Shown here: positions 30,521 through 40,178 of the stretch, piece after piece
How positions within the stretch are numbered: position 1 is the first letter of the stretch
How the letters are laid out: each line of letters opens with the position of its first letter
Made by a program: the position numbers and the translations under genes
Notes under the pieces: model-generated
Database searches by the model: none
The model's input: only the letters and a program-made list of their open reading frames with translations
Told to the model about the DNA's origin: nothing
DNA from: Candidatus Doudnabacteria bacterium
Lineage (GTDB): Bacteria > Patescibacteriota > Doudnabacteria > UBA920
DNA: 64,000 bases
Reading direction: 5' to 3'
Assembly: GCA_963837465.1 (NCBI GenBank)
Contig: CAWINB010000004.1
Span: 202,853-266,852, forward strand

Positions 30521-30680
30521 ATTTTTGCTCCTCCCTAATTAATTTTGCCTTTTTTAATTTAGCTAACTTAAGACCCTTTCTAACTGCCCGACTTAAATTT
30601 TGACGATACGTAAGCCTCATTGCTTCTAAAAAATGCTGGGCTATGCGTCGTTTAAAACTTTTATTACCTTCAATTCTCAT
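30510..30680 (-). CDS. Unlisted 56-aa ORF resembling a serine-recombinase helix E
   Basis: ATGA-coupled to the upstream gene; MRIEGNKSFKRRIAQHFLEAMRLTYRQNLSRAVRKGLKLAKLKKAKLIREEQKYAR. Confidence 0.55.
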   Translation of the reverse strand: MRIEGNKSFKRRIAQHFLEAMRLTYRQNLSRAVRKGLKLAKLKKAKLIREEQKYAR

Positions 30681-31372
30681 ATATTTGAATCTCCTGTCAG
30701 TTGCCCGATTGCTTCTTTAAAAGCGCAACCTGTTTGCAACATAATTAGTTTTATTACGTCTCCCTGCATCCCGCAACCGAAACACTTAAAAGTATTAGTG
30801 CTGGTATAAATGGTAAACGAAGGTGTTTTTTCTTGATGTAGCATGCAAAGACCTACTTTGGTTTTGCCGCTCCGCCTCAACTTTCCTCGGTAAAAATTTT
30901 CTATAGGGACTTGTTTAGCATAATTTATCTGCTCTTGGGTTAGCCGTCCCTTTAAGACCTTGCCTCTTTTAATCCACAATAACCCCATGACTCGGTAAAT
31001 CTGTTTTTTCGCTTCAATTATTTTTTGGACTTCGTACGACTTCAGCCCTTGCCGCAGAAACCAAAGGTCGTTGGAATTTTTGGCAATAAGTTTAAAGGTT
31101 TTGAGTTTTTTACGAATTTCCGTAGATATAATTTGCTTGACGTTTTCCCAATCCTTGATTTTTTGTACCAACAAAGCTTCGTCTACTTCAGGGAAAATTT
31201 TTAATAGTTCTATTTCCGTGTATCTTACTTGGTGAAAGCGGTAATATTCTTCTTCAAGTTTCAAAAGATAAAGTAGTTGCCTATGCTCGGCCTCATCTTT
31301 TAAATCTGCTTCATTTAATATTTTCATCTTTAGCTGATTTTTTACCTTTCTGCTTAGCGACCAGTTCTTCAT
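30677..31372 (-). CDS. CHC2 zinc-finger (primase-type) protein
   Basis: CMLHQEKTPSF...FKCFGCG..GDVI. Confidence 0.85.
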   Translation of the reverse strand: MKNWSLSRKVKNQLKMKILNEADLKDEAEHRQLLYLLKLEEEYYRFHQVRYTEIELLKIFPEVDEALLVQKIKDWENVKQIISTEIRKKLKTFKLIAKNSNDLWFLRQGLKSYEVQKIIEAKKQIYRVMGLLWIKRGKVLKGRLTQEQINYAKQVPIENFYRGKLRRSGKTKVGLCMLHQEKTPSFTIYTSTNTFKCFGCGMQGDVIKLIMLQTGCAFKEAIGQLTGDSNI

Positions 31373-31585
31373 AAATGAAAAGTATTGATCGGCAGTATTC
31401 TGCCAAGTTTGGAGAAAGCTGGTCGCTAAGATTTAATAATTTTTTTTCTGGATCCATGCATTAATTATAAAATTTTCCAGAAAAATATTTTATTTCAACT
31501 TGTTTACTGTACAAAATAAAAAACGGCTAACTTTAGCCGTTTAAAAAAATTTATTAACAATAACCAAAAGTAAACAAACGGTAAA

Positions 31586-32590
31586 CTAATCGTCTTGCGT
31601 AAATTTTATATCATACCTATCGTAGTTTAACCTATACCCCCCAGTAGGAACTTTTTCAATTAACTTATAATGCAAATTCAATTTTTCTTGAAAATGTCGG
31701 TTAATTTCATTTACCGCTGTAGTGACAACAGTATAGCGGGTCTTTAATATTGCTATTAATAAGGGACCTGTTAAAAATCCGTTCTCTAAAGATTTTACCA
31801 AGACCATACGTTTGCGACTAATCGGATACTTCAACTCCCCAAGATCTCCAATTCTCCAAATGCCTTTGTTTCCAGATATATAAATTTGCATGCCGGTATG
31901 ATAGTCTGCCGGTTTGGGAACTTTAACTTTTTCGTATGGATTTTTATTTTTAGACAATGGCTTTAATAGTTCAACTGAATATTCATAACAATGAAGCTTG
32001 GAAGAAATATCATAATCCAAAAATAGACGCAATGATACGTTTAAAATTTTTATAAAGCCGTCATCGCTTATAGCCTGTATTGCTTCGCTAAGTGACACTG
32101 CCTGGTAATCATCTTGAGCGACTTTAAATAAATCCTTTTCAGTAAAGATAAACTTATCGCTATCCGCTCTTGACTTCGCTTCCAAAAGGGCTCGTGTCAA
32201 AATATTTTTCTGCTGTTCAATTTTATAAAATTTTTTGGGTATACAATTCTGGTTATTAAAAAACCAATTGGCAACCTCAAACACATTTTTCCAGTTAACG
32301 CCTTTCAAATGGTAAGCATATTCTACACGGTCATCCCCAGGCTCTCTTTCCACATCAACAACTCTAATTTGGTAGCTTTTAAATAAGCCCCACATATTAA
32401 ACCTCTCCACGCAGTTTTTTAAATCATTATCAACATCATCAATTATCATTTCCCCATCAGTTGCCCCGAATTGATAATTTTTTATAATCCCATTGAGCAG
32501 TTTAATTTCTGCCTCCGTTGGGTTCTGCATTAGGTCAGTTAGATGAATCATGGTTGTCACTCGGTTAAAACCGGATTTTTTAAAATTCAC
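31586..32590 (-). CDS. Hypothetical protein with a probable C-terminal winged HTH
   Basis: ...V.EIN..F...L...LIE.V..GGYRLN tail. Confidence 0.55.
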   Translation of the reverse strand: MNFKKSGFNRVTTMIHLTDLMQNPTEAEIKLLNGIIKNYQFGATDGEMIIDDVDNDLKNCVERFNMWGLFKSYQIRVVDVEREPGDDRVEYAYHLKGVNWKNVFEVANWFFNNQNCIPKKFYKIEQQKNILTRALLEAKSRADSDKFIFTEKDLFKVAQDDYQAVSLSEAIQAISDDGFIKILNVSLRLFLDYDISSKLHCYEYSVELLKPLSKNKNPYEKVKVPKPADYHTGMQIYISGNKGIWRIGDLGELKYPISRKRMVLVKSLENGFLTGPLLIAILKTRYTVVTTAVNEINRHFQEKLNLHYKLIEKVPTGGYRLNYDRYDIKFTQDD

Positions 32591-32746
32591 AATGTCTATA
32601 CAGGGAACGTTTTTTATCGTTTTGTTCTATTATAGCCCTGCTTAATTAAGCTGGCAATTATTCACTTTAAGCTGATTTTGGTATATAATAGTAATGGAAA
32701 ATTTAACACCTAAACCGTAATTTTTACGGCATGGTGTGACAAAAAA

Positions 32747-32857
32747 CGATTGAAGTTCAAGGGTGGTCATCCACCTTGCTTTACTTCAATCGTCATAGCC
32801 GAAAGGTTATGGGCAAATCCGAAAGGACGAGCCGAGCAAGCTCTGGATGGCCTTTTT
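32747..32857 (+). ncRNA. Candidate structured RNA/leader
   Basis: Long hairpin followed by two GAAA-tetraloop hairpins and a U tract. Confidence 0.35.
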
Positions 32858-32901
32858 GTTTGGCTAACCAACTTGCTCCTTAACAATTAAAACAATAAAA
32901 A

Positions 32902-33705
32902 ATGGATAAAAACATTACAAATGCTGTCTCCACAGAATCCAAAACTATTAATAAAGATGAAATGAAAGAGCTGCAAAAAAATAAAAAAATTGGTTTCATC
33001 GTTGGAATTATAGGGTTAGTTCTTTTGCCTGTTTATGGCCTTGGCATACTTCTGTTGCTACTAGCAGTATGGTTTTGGAATGGAAAGAAAATTCCAAAAA
33101 TTGTTAAATCTGTTACTGATTTTTCAAAGGATTCAAAACAAGAAAAAATTTTTTGGGATTTGATGAATGGAAAATATGGCCATACCGATCTAGGCGTAGG
33201 AGATATTATAATGTTGTATATTATCAGCTTAGTAAGAGAACTTCGTGTTGGAGATTTTCCCATCAAAAGTGCAACTGACCAAAATAGCTTTAATAAAAAT
33301 ATAATACAGGAAAGTAACGGGTCATTTAAAAATATTCAAATATTATGTGACGCTATGGAAGAAAAAAAGAAAATCAGTAAAGAACTCTTTAACAAGATTA
33401 CTTTTATTTCTACTGATGCTGAGGCACTTAAAAAATTTGAAGATTTTAAAAATGATATGATGAATCGTAATATTGAAGGAATTGACAAAGTTTTATCGTC
33501 TATTATTGATGCGGCAAAAGATCCAAAAAACGAAACTACGGTCTTGGAGGCCATGAATAAGTTTGGGGAGGACGGTATTTACGACCCACTTTATAAAAAA
33601 ATCCAAGAAAAAGAAACGGCAAAAAAATTAAAAGAAACTCTTAACGATTGGGAATACTTAAATATGCTAAGGTGGTGTATAGCAAGTTTTAAAGCAAGAA
33701 GCTAA
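32902..33705 (+). CDS. Membrane-anchored hypothetical protein
   Basis: N-terminal TM hairpin; terminator AAAAGCTCCC...GGGAGCTTTT follows. Confidence 0.6.
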   Translation: MDKNITNAVSTESKTINKDEMKELQKNKKIGFIVGIIGLVLLPVYGLGILLLLLAVWFWNGKKIPKIVKSVTDFSKDSKQEKIFWDLMNGKYGHTDLGVGDIIMLYIISLVRELRVGDFPIKSATDQNSFNKNIIQESNGSFKNIQILCDAMEEKKKISKELFNKITFISTDAEALKKFEDFKNDMMNRNIEGIDKVLSSIIDAAKDPKNETTVLEAMNKFGEDGIYDPLYKKIQEKETAKKLKETLNDWEYLNMLRWCIASFKARS

Positions 33706-33846
33706 AAAATGAAAAACTTAAAAAAATAATTATTTTAAAAGCTCCCTTGTAATGGGGAGCTTTTTTGTATGAGGTTTTATACGGCCAACCTCGGATAAGT
33801 GTTCTGCCGGTCAATCTTCTTTCACAAAACTACACATCTGTTAGAG

Positions 33847-34239
33847 TTAGCCGATAGCCTCTTGTAATTTTCTTTCGTATTCCAAATCTACTTCTCCGTC
33901 AATATCTGGTTGTAATTCTTCTATCTGTTGTTCAGACCGTTCGGCTATAATTCCCTTATTTCTAGATCGGATTTCACGAAGTATGCCAGCCAATGGACCT
34001 TCCGTAGGAGTTGAAATTTCCATGCTGTCCTTAACCTTACCTAATGACCTGTCAAAAACTTCTTTTAATGCAGAAACCTCACCAGATTTAGCTTTCTCAA
34101 TCAGAGCTTCAACTAGCTCTTTTTTATTTGCTATAACCTGCTCTATCATATACTGCCGAAAGGTTATGGCTTCCAGCGTATGGCTAGCTAAACTGCCTTT
34201 TGGCCTGCCTGAGTTTTTGCGTTTTCCGCCGTGATTCAT
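33847..34239 (-). CDS. Terminase small subunit-like protein
   Basis: HGGKR.NSGRPKGS and LIEKAKSGEVSALKEVFDR.LGK motifs. Confidence 0.6.
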   Translation of the reverse strand: MNHGGKRKNSGRPKGSLASHTLEAITFRQYMIEQVIANKKELVEALIEKAKSGEVSALKEVFDRSLGKVKDSMEISTPTEGPLAGILREIRSRNKGIIAERSEQQIEELQPDIDGEVDLEYERKLQEAIG

Positions 34240-34375
34240 AAAACTTGGTTAAATAATCAAATAACCAAGTTTATTATAATTGGTCTGCCAGTCCTGTAAA
34301 CGGATTAATTTTACTCTTTATAATAAGCCAATTTAGGTATATTATATATAAGTACACTTATTTTTATACTATAAA

Positions 34376-35314
34376 ATGCCTACTAAATTTAAACCAGGGG
34401 AGATAATTGATAAAGTATATATGGTTGAAGAAGCCTTTACAGGAGGTTCATTTGGGCATGCTTATAAAATAAAAAATGGTACAGGCTATGAAGTTATAAA
34501 AATCTGTGCAGAACCTGCTGGTACAACCGAAGCACTAAGATTTGTGCAAGAAAATGATTTTTTGTACAAACTATTTCCAAACCCCGCTATTATTGAGCCA
34601 CTAAGTAAAATCAGCCCATTAAATCCCGACAGTATTTATTATAGGATGAAGTTTGCTGATTATAATCTAGAAACTTATCTAGACGATTTTGAATCAAGCC
34701 TTGACCTAAATAGTAAATTGTCTATATTCAAAGGAATATGCGAGGGCTTAAAGCATGCACATGCAAATAAAATTTTGCATAGAGATTTGCATTGGGGGAA
34801 TATTTTAATTGACATGCTAAATAACATGCCAGTCCCTAAACTGACCGATTTTGGAAGATCTAAAGATCTAAAAGCTTTAATAGCATTATCATCAAATCCT
34901 GGAATTTGGGGAGAATTTGTTTGTCCACCAGAAATAAGGTTTAGGATTTGGGATAAACTTCCGACAAATTATATGGAGGGTGATATATACTCTTTGGGGA
35001 TTATATTTTATTATATATTAGGGGCTATGCCGAACTTCCCATTTATATTTCAAAATGAAATTATAAATTTTTTAAGAAATAAAAAGGTGACTCTTAAGAC
35101 AGTTAATGATGAAAGTATCCGTCATGGTTTGTATAAAGAATGGCTAGGAACCCTCACAGACCAAAAGATTAATAGTCATCTCAGCATTTTAATAAATGGA
35201 AGTGCGGTAATAAATGACAAAATTAATACCATTTTAAAAAAACTTAGCCATCCTAATTATGAGTTGCGGTATCGTTCGGTAGAGGATGTGTTAAAAGAAA
35301 TAGCAACACTATAA
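34376..35314 (+). CDS. Hanks-type Ser/Thr protein kinase
   Basis: GGSFG..Y, VIK, HRDLHWGNIL, DFG, PPE, DIYSLG. Confidence 0.92.
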   Translation: MPTKFKPGEIIDKVYMVEEAFTGGSFGHAYKIKNGTGYEVIKICAEPAGTTEALRFVQENDFLYKLFPNPAIIEPLSKISPLNPDSIYYRMKFADYNLETYLDDFESSLDLNSKLSIFKGICEGLKHAHANKILHRDLHWGNILIDMLNNMPVPKLTDFGRSKDLKALIALSSNPGIWGEFVCPPEIRFRIWDKLPTNYMEGDIYSLGIIFYYILGAMPNFPFIFQNEIINFLRNKKVTLKTVNDESIRHGLYKEWLGTLTDQKINSHLSILINGSAVINDKINTILKKLSHPNYELRYRSVEDVLKEIATL

Positions 35315-37086
35315 TGGAAGACTTATTAATAATTCGTAATGCCACCAAAGCACAGCCAGCAGAAATTATTGCTGACCCTAATTTGGATTTGCCAGATTTT
35401 TATTTAGACCAAAAAAATCCGGAAAAAAATAAGTATTATGAAAAAGAAAAGTCCGAAGACTATTCCTTTTTAAGTAAAAATTTAAATAAAGAATTCCTAA
35501 AAAATCAATACAAAATAGCAAAATCAAATTTTGCAAGAAAAAAAAGCACCAGGAATGCTTACGCATTAGGTGAAATATTTTTATTAAAAAAAATCTTTTC
35601 CACTGCTAAAAATTATTACAAAATTAGCATAGAACTTGATAAGTCTTTTCTGCCTGCTTATGAAAAATTAGTATTGGTGTCCATAATTCTAAACGAAACA
35701 GATAGGGCAAATTACTATTATAAATTGCTTTTAGAAGTTTCCAATCATAGACCAGATCTAGTTCATAGTTACGCGCTTTTTAGAGTTGCAAGCTCTGCTG
35801 GAGATAAAACGACTTTGGATGAGACGCTCAAAGACTTAGATCAAATTTTAGCTCTGCAACCATTGGATATTGCCGCAATAAATAGTTATGGATTTATTTT
35901 ACTAAATTTTTACCAAAAACTTGATGAGGCACAACAGTATTTTGAGAAGGCTTTAGAAATAGATTCTACCTTTGTTCACTCAATGAATAATTTAGCGGTT
36001 TGTTATATTCATAAAAATGACTTAACAAAGGCTATATCACTACTTGAAAAAGCAATAAAAATCCATCCAAACTATGTGATGGCATATCAAAATTTAGCTG
36101 GCATATATTTTAGAACAAATAAATTAGCAGAAGTGTCCAAGATACTTAAGCAAGCAGTAAAAAATAATATTACCTTATCTGACGAAACCAAACATCTGTC
36201 TGGTTGGCTTTTAATTCTTACTCATAAATATGAGGAGGCAAAAAATTGGTACCTGAAAGAAATAATGGGAGAGCCAGGAAATAATCTTTTATATAACAAT
36301 TTAGGGTACGCATACCAACAACTCAAAGATTTAAACAAAGCAGAAGAATACTATAAACAGGCTGTTGATATAGCGAAAAGAAGAAAGGCAAAAAATTTAT
36401 TTGTTGATGACAGATCTCTTTTTGCCTTTTATAATCTTGGCCGACTTTTTCAATTTTTTGGTAAAGTTGACGAACTCCATAAAATTTCAAATGATATTCT
36501 TAATTGGAAGCCCGAAGATCCTTTTGGCCAATATTTGTATGGGAGCGCTTTAGTCATAGATGGTAAGCATGATGCCGCTAAAAAACAATTATTAAAGGTA
36601 GTTGAAAAATATCCGAAACTTCCAGAAACCTATCAAGACCTTTCTTACATATATGACTCTATAGATAAAGATTATAAAGCTTCTATTGATTTGTTGAATG
36701 ATGCCATAAAAATTGGAATTAACTTACCTATAATTTATAATAACTTGGCAATAGCCTATATAAATTTAGGAGACTTTAAAAATGCAGAGGACACGCTTAA
36801 TAAAATAACGGATGATTGTGAGCCTACAATAATTGCAACCCGGGGACTTTTAGCTTTTAGAAAAAATGATTCGGAGAAAGGTAATAAATATTACAAAAAA
36901 GCTGTCGATGAAATTAAACCGCAATTAAAAAATTTGGCGAATCAAATTTGGTTATATGAGCAAGCATTTTATTTCTTTCGTACTGGAAAGTTAGAAGAAG
37001 CAAAGATAAAACTCAAAGAATCAAAGAAAATGGGTAAATCATATATGACTAAGGATATAACCGAATTAGAAAATAAACTGACCTAA
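35314..37086 (+). CDS. Tetratricopeptide-repeat protein
   Basis: Multiple NNLA/NNLG...A..YY.KA TPR units; TAATG-coupled to the kinase. Confidence 0.88.
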   Translation: MEDLLIIRNATKAQPAEIIADPNLDLPDFYLDQKNPEKNKYYEKEKSEDYSFLSKNLNKEFLKNQYKIAKSNFARKKSTRNAYALGEIFLLKKIFSTAKNYYKISIELDKSFLPAYEKLVLVSIILNETDRANYYYKLLLEVSNHRPDLVHSYALFRVASSAGDKTTLDETLKDLDQILALQPLDIAAINSYGFILLNFYQKLDEAQQYFEKALEIDSTFVHSMNNLAVCYIHKNDLTKAISLLEKAIKIHPNYVMAYQNLAGIYFRTNKLAEVSKILKQAVKNNITLSDETKHLSGWLLILTHKYEEAKNWYLKEIMGEPGNNLLYNNLGYAYQQLKDLNKAEEYYKQAVDIAKRRKAKNLFVDDRSLFAFYNLGRLFQFFGKVDELHKISNDILNWKPEDPFGQYLYGSALVIDGKHDAAKKQLLKVVEKYPKLPETYQDLSYIYDSIDKDYKASIDLLNDAIKIGINLPIIYNNLAIAYINLGDFKNAEDTLNKITDDCEPTIIATRGLLAFRKNDSEKGNKYYKKAVDEIKPQLKNLANQIWLYEQAFYFFRTGKLEEAKIKLKESKKMGKSYMTKDITELENKLT

Positions 37087-37126
37087 ATCATATATTTTTG
37101 TTTAAATTAAAATATTTATTAACCGT

Positions 37127-37657
37127 ATGAAAATTTCCTCAATGATACTATTTCCACATAATCCTCATTCTAGTAAGCTAGATAGATTTATCAAAGTGAT
37201 ACTGTTAGTAGGGGTTTTAACCTTTTTTATCTTAATATATGAAAATATCATCGTACCTGCCCAGCAACGCCAGCCTTATTATGCCTTTTCTTTTCAAAAT
37301 AACTATGATACATTTCCGGAAAAAGAAATTTATTGTAATTTAAAGCCTCTATGCATGAACCCAGATCAAATTGTCATTTCTTATGACACTTATGCTGATA
37401 ATACAGCCGAAAAAAATTATGTATCACAGGCAATGATACAAAATGTTGATAACCAACAAATATTGAACCACTTAGAAAATGATGGGGCAATTAACGTAGC
37501 CCAACTAAAAGCTAAAGACATTAATGATTACCAAGACTACGTCAATCAAGCGATTACCCGAACTATTTTATATACAATTATTGCCTATTTTTTTGCTACG
37601 CAAATACTTTATAGAATTTTTTTATATATTGTTTATGGTAAGACGAAACAAGTTTAA
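37127..37657 (+). CDS. Membrane protein
   Basis: Two TM segments. Confidence 0.55.
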   Translation: MKISSMILFPHNPHSSKLDRFIKVILLVGVLTFFILIYENIIVPAQQRQPYYAFSFQNNYDTFPEKEIYCNLKPLCMNPDQIVISYDTYADNTAEKNYVSQAMIQNVDNQQILNHLENDGAINVAQLKAKDINDYQDYVNQAITRTILYTIIAYFFATQILYRIFLYIVYGKTKQV

Positions 37658-37666
37658 TTTAAAAAA

Positions 37667-37981
37667 ATGCGCAACATTAATAAGTCAGTTGCTATAATTA
37701 TACCTAAAAAGCCCTTTGCAAACTGGGCTAATCATCTGCCAGGTGTTGACACGGAACTTAGCTTTAACGAGCTTAAAAAATATGCTAAAGCTATTTTGCT
37801 AGAAAAATTTACAACTTCTAAAGAAGCCAAGGAAGTATTCAGTCAAACATGGAATGAGGTTTTTGAAGAGTATCTAACAAGCTGGTCTAACGACGTGGAT
37901 TATTGGCCAACAGGTAGAACCAAAGAATTATTTTACAAATGGTTTGATGTAGAATTTTATTCTAACGTTTTAGATCTATAG
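37667..37981 (+). CDS. Hypothetical protein
   Basis: INKS...I.PK.PF..W...WP..RT..LF..WFDVEF pattern. Confidence 0.6.
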   Translation: MRNINKSVAIIIPKKPFANWANHLPGVDTELSFNELKKYAKAILLEKFTTSKEAKEVFSQTWNEVFEEYLTSWSNDVDYWPTGRTKELFYKWFDVEFYSNVLDL

Positions 37982-38002
37982 AAAGATAAAAAATAAAAAT
38001 TT

Positions 38003-38578
38003 ATGGATTATAAGATATTCGTTAGTATAATTTCAGTCATCCTTGTTTTTGTAGGATACGGCCCGTACATTCGGGATATTTTTAAGCGAAAGACAACCCC
38101 ACATACTTTTACTTTTTTGGTTTGGGGTATTTCAAGTTCAATTACTTGGGCTTTACAAGTGATGGGGGGGGCTGGAGTGGGTGCGTGGATAACATTTGCG
38201 GTTTCTGCCGTGTGTATATTTATTTTTTTCCTGTGTCTAAAATATGGTGAAAAAAGTATCGCTATTTCAGACGTTGTATTTTTAATACTTGCCCTGTTTT
38301 CGCTTTTTCTTTGGCTTGTGGTAAAACAGCCAGTCTTGTCAGTAATACTTGTGGTTTTAACGGATATATTAGGTTTTGGGCCAACTATAAGAAAGTCTTG
38401 GAATAAACCTCATTCCGAAACATTATTTACTTGGTGGGTCGCGGCATTTAGGCACGCATTAGGTATTATTGCCTTACAAAAGTTTAATATTTTTACACTT
38501 CTTTATCCAGTAGCCTGGACGATAGCCAACTTAATTTTTTGTCTAATTTTGCTTATAAGACGTAAGCAAATTAAGTAA
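38003..38578 (+). CDS. Multi-pass membrane protein (PQ-loop-like)
   Basis: PYIRDI...T.PH..TF.VW and PTIRKSW..P.SET. Confidence 0.7.
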   Translation: MDYKIFVSIISVILVFVGYGPYIRDIFKRKTTPHTFTFLVWGISSSITWALQVMGGAGVGAWITFAVSAVCIFIFFLCLKYGEKSIAISDVVFLILALFSLFLWLVVKQPVLSVILVVLTDILGFGPTIRKSWNKPHSETLFTWWVAAFRHALGIIALQKFNIFTLLYPVAWTIANLIFCLILLIRRKQIK

Positions 38579-38590
38579 ATTTGTCCTTTT

Positions 38591-38980
38591 ATGGAACGTG
38601 CAGAAACATTAGGCCTTTTGGCCTTTAAAAACTGGGTAGGAGATCGGGGCGAAATCCTTAATACTTCTAGGGATGGAGTTGGGTATGATTGCAAAGTAAA
38701 ATGGAAGGACACGGGCTTGGCCGAAACATACGAAATTAAAGGAACAGCAAAAGTATTGAAAATTCCCGATATGAGCGTCGTTGAATTTGATGAAAGCCAT
38801 AGATTAAAGGCCGATTTTCTTTTTGTGGCCGGAAACGTATTTGAAACTGGTAAAGAAGTGCTGTTTAAAATTCCAAGAGAAGCCTTAACTGAAGAAAATC
38901 TAAAACTGAAACAAACCTATCATATAAGGCTTTTCCAAAACCAAAAGAAAATGGGGAAATACCGCCTTACCAGTAATTAA
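38591..38980 (+). CDS. PD-(D/E)XK nuclease-like protein (DUF3883-like)
   Basis: GVGYD...YEIKGT. Confidence 0.6.
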   Translation: MERAETLGLLAFKNWVGDRGEILNTSRDGVGYDCKVKWKDTGLAETYEIKGTAKVLKIPDMSVVEFDESHRLKADFLFVAGNVFETGKEVLFKIPREALTEENLKLKQTYHIRLFQNQKKMGKYRLTSN

Positions 38981-39260
38981 ATTGCTCTGATAAGGCAAAC
39001 CCGTCTGAAATAAAAAATTGACCTCAGATGAGGTCTTTGTGTAGAATGTATATAATATCGGCTTGGCTATTTAGATCATTCCTGACGTTAGCAGTGAACT
39101 CTGGGATAACCCTAATAAGGCCTGATAGATGTCCTTAACCAAACGAGCAAATAGTTTTCCAATTGGTTCTATATGCTCCACCAAAAAAAGCGCCGAGACT
39201 TTTTGGGCGCTTGTTAGTAAAAATAAAAAGTGGTATAATTAAGATAATTAAACTTATCTT

Positions 39261-39875
39261 ATGAGAAAAACATTATTACTTGCAGTTCCTTTAATTGCCT
39301 TGATGGCAGCTGGTTGTTCGTCAAATTCCAACAACAGCCCCCAGAGCAGCGCTTCGCAGTCACCAATTGCAAATTCTCCTAGCGTCCAACAACCATCGAC
39401 ATTGACGGCACCGTCAGCTGCCGAATCAGATTTTAAACAAGCCAGCGACCTAGCAGCACAGCAATGCAGTAATTTACAGCTGGTCGAATATTTCAAAAAT
39501 TTTAAACCAGCAGATAAGGGTAATACTGCCAGTGGTTATAAATTTATTTGCGACGATGGAAAATATGTCTCGGTTGATATAATGAGCACCGGAAACATGC
39601 AAACGAGAAAATTAACTAATCTTTACTATAAACCCATTACATTGGCAGATTGGAAAGTTAATTTAGATTCGGCAAAAAACATAGCTTTACAGAATGGTGG
39701 GAACGATTTTATTAGCAAAAATAGTGGAGCATTTTTGAATGGTGAAATTTTAACCAGCAGAACCGATGAAGGCTTTAAGTGGATTATAGATTTTGAGTCG
39801 CAAAATTATAATTCGGAATTGCAGATATTTATCGATCCGACGACTGGCGCAATACTAGGTCAGAAAACTTACTAA
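39261..39875 (+). CDS. Lipoprotein with PepSY-like C-terminus
   Basis: LMAAGC lipobox; W...F...IDPTTGAIL. Confidence 0.7.
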   Translation: MRKTLLLAVPLIALMAAGCSSNSNNSPQSSASQSPIANSPSVQQPSTLTAPSAAESDFKQASDLAAQQCSNLQLVEYFKNFKPADKGNTASGYKFICDDGKYVSVDIMSTGNMQTRKLTNLYYKPITLADWKVNLDSAKNIALQNGGNDFISKNSGAFLNGEILTSRTDEGFKWIIDFESQNYNSELQIFIDPTTGAILGQKTY

Positions 39876-39988
39876 ATCGTATACCTTTAAAATTTCGGTC
39901 TGGGCAGGTTCTTTAAAAAATCGCACCAAACTTAAGCAAAGTTAAAATAATTCTCGCTTACAAATTGGTGGTTTGGCACATGTGCTGA

Positions 39989-40012
39989 GTTCGATCCCCG
40001 GCCGTCCCACCA
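39989..40012 (+). repeat. attR: duplicate of the tRNA-Lys 3' end
   Basis: GTTCGATCCCCGGCCGTCCCACCA. Confidence 0.85.
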
Positions 40013-40170
40013 TAGTGTCCTTTTTCGCTTCTGCGACTAACCTGAATTCGTTTTTCCAGTTGACCTGTATAACCTTTTCGCTATTCCAGGTTAGGTTTTC
40101 AACCATAGATTTCACCAAACGCCTTTTCCCTTCGGGAGAGGCGTTTTGGTATGCCGGGTGCGGATTCTTC
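40013..40170 (-). pseudogene. 3' remnant of a serine recombinase related to 26160..27665
   Basis: Encodes YQNASPEGKRRLVKSMVENLTWN...NWKNEFRLVA. Confidence 0.8.
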
Positions 40171-40178
40171 AGCCGTAT

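Larger units (their letters stand above)
26219..39183. mobile_element. Satellite-like serine-recombinase element nested in tRNA-Lys copy 2
   Basis: CCACCA core at 26219..26224 and 39178..39183; joining the ends gives an open recombinase tail; replication and TerS-like genes inside. Confidence 0.65.
14235..40012. mobile_element. Genomic island integrated in tRNA-Lys (tyrosine integrase)
   Basis: 24-bp direct repeat of the tRNA 3' end at 14235..14258 and 39989..40012 (1 mismatch); integrase at 24563; AT-richer accessory genes. Confidence 0.8.

Noticed and set aside
32810-32835. c-di-GMP-I riboswitch resemblance (GGCAAA..GAAA..GACG)
   Set aside because: Lacks the GCAAAG junction and the P2 receptor stem; kept only as an unnamed structured RNA.
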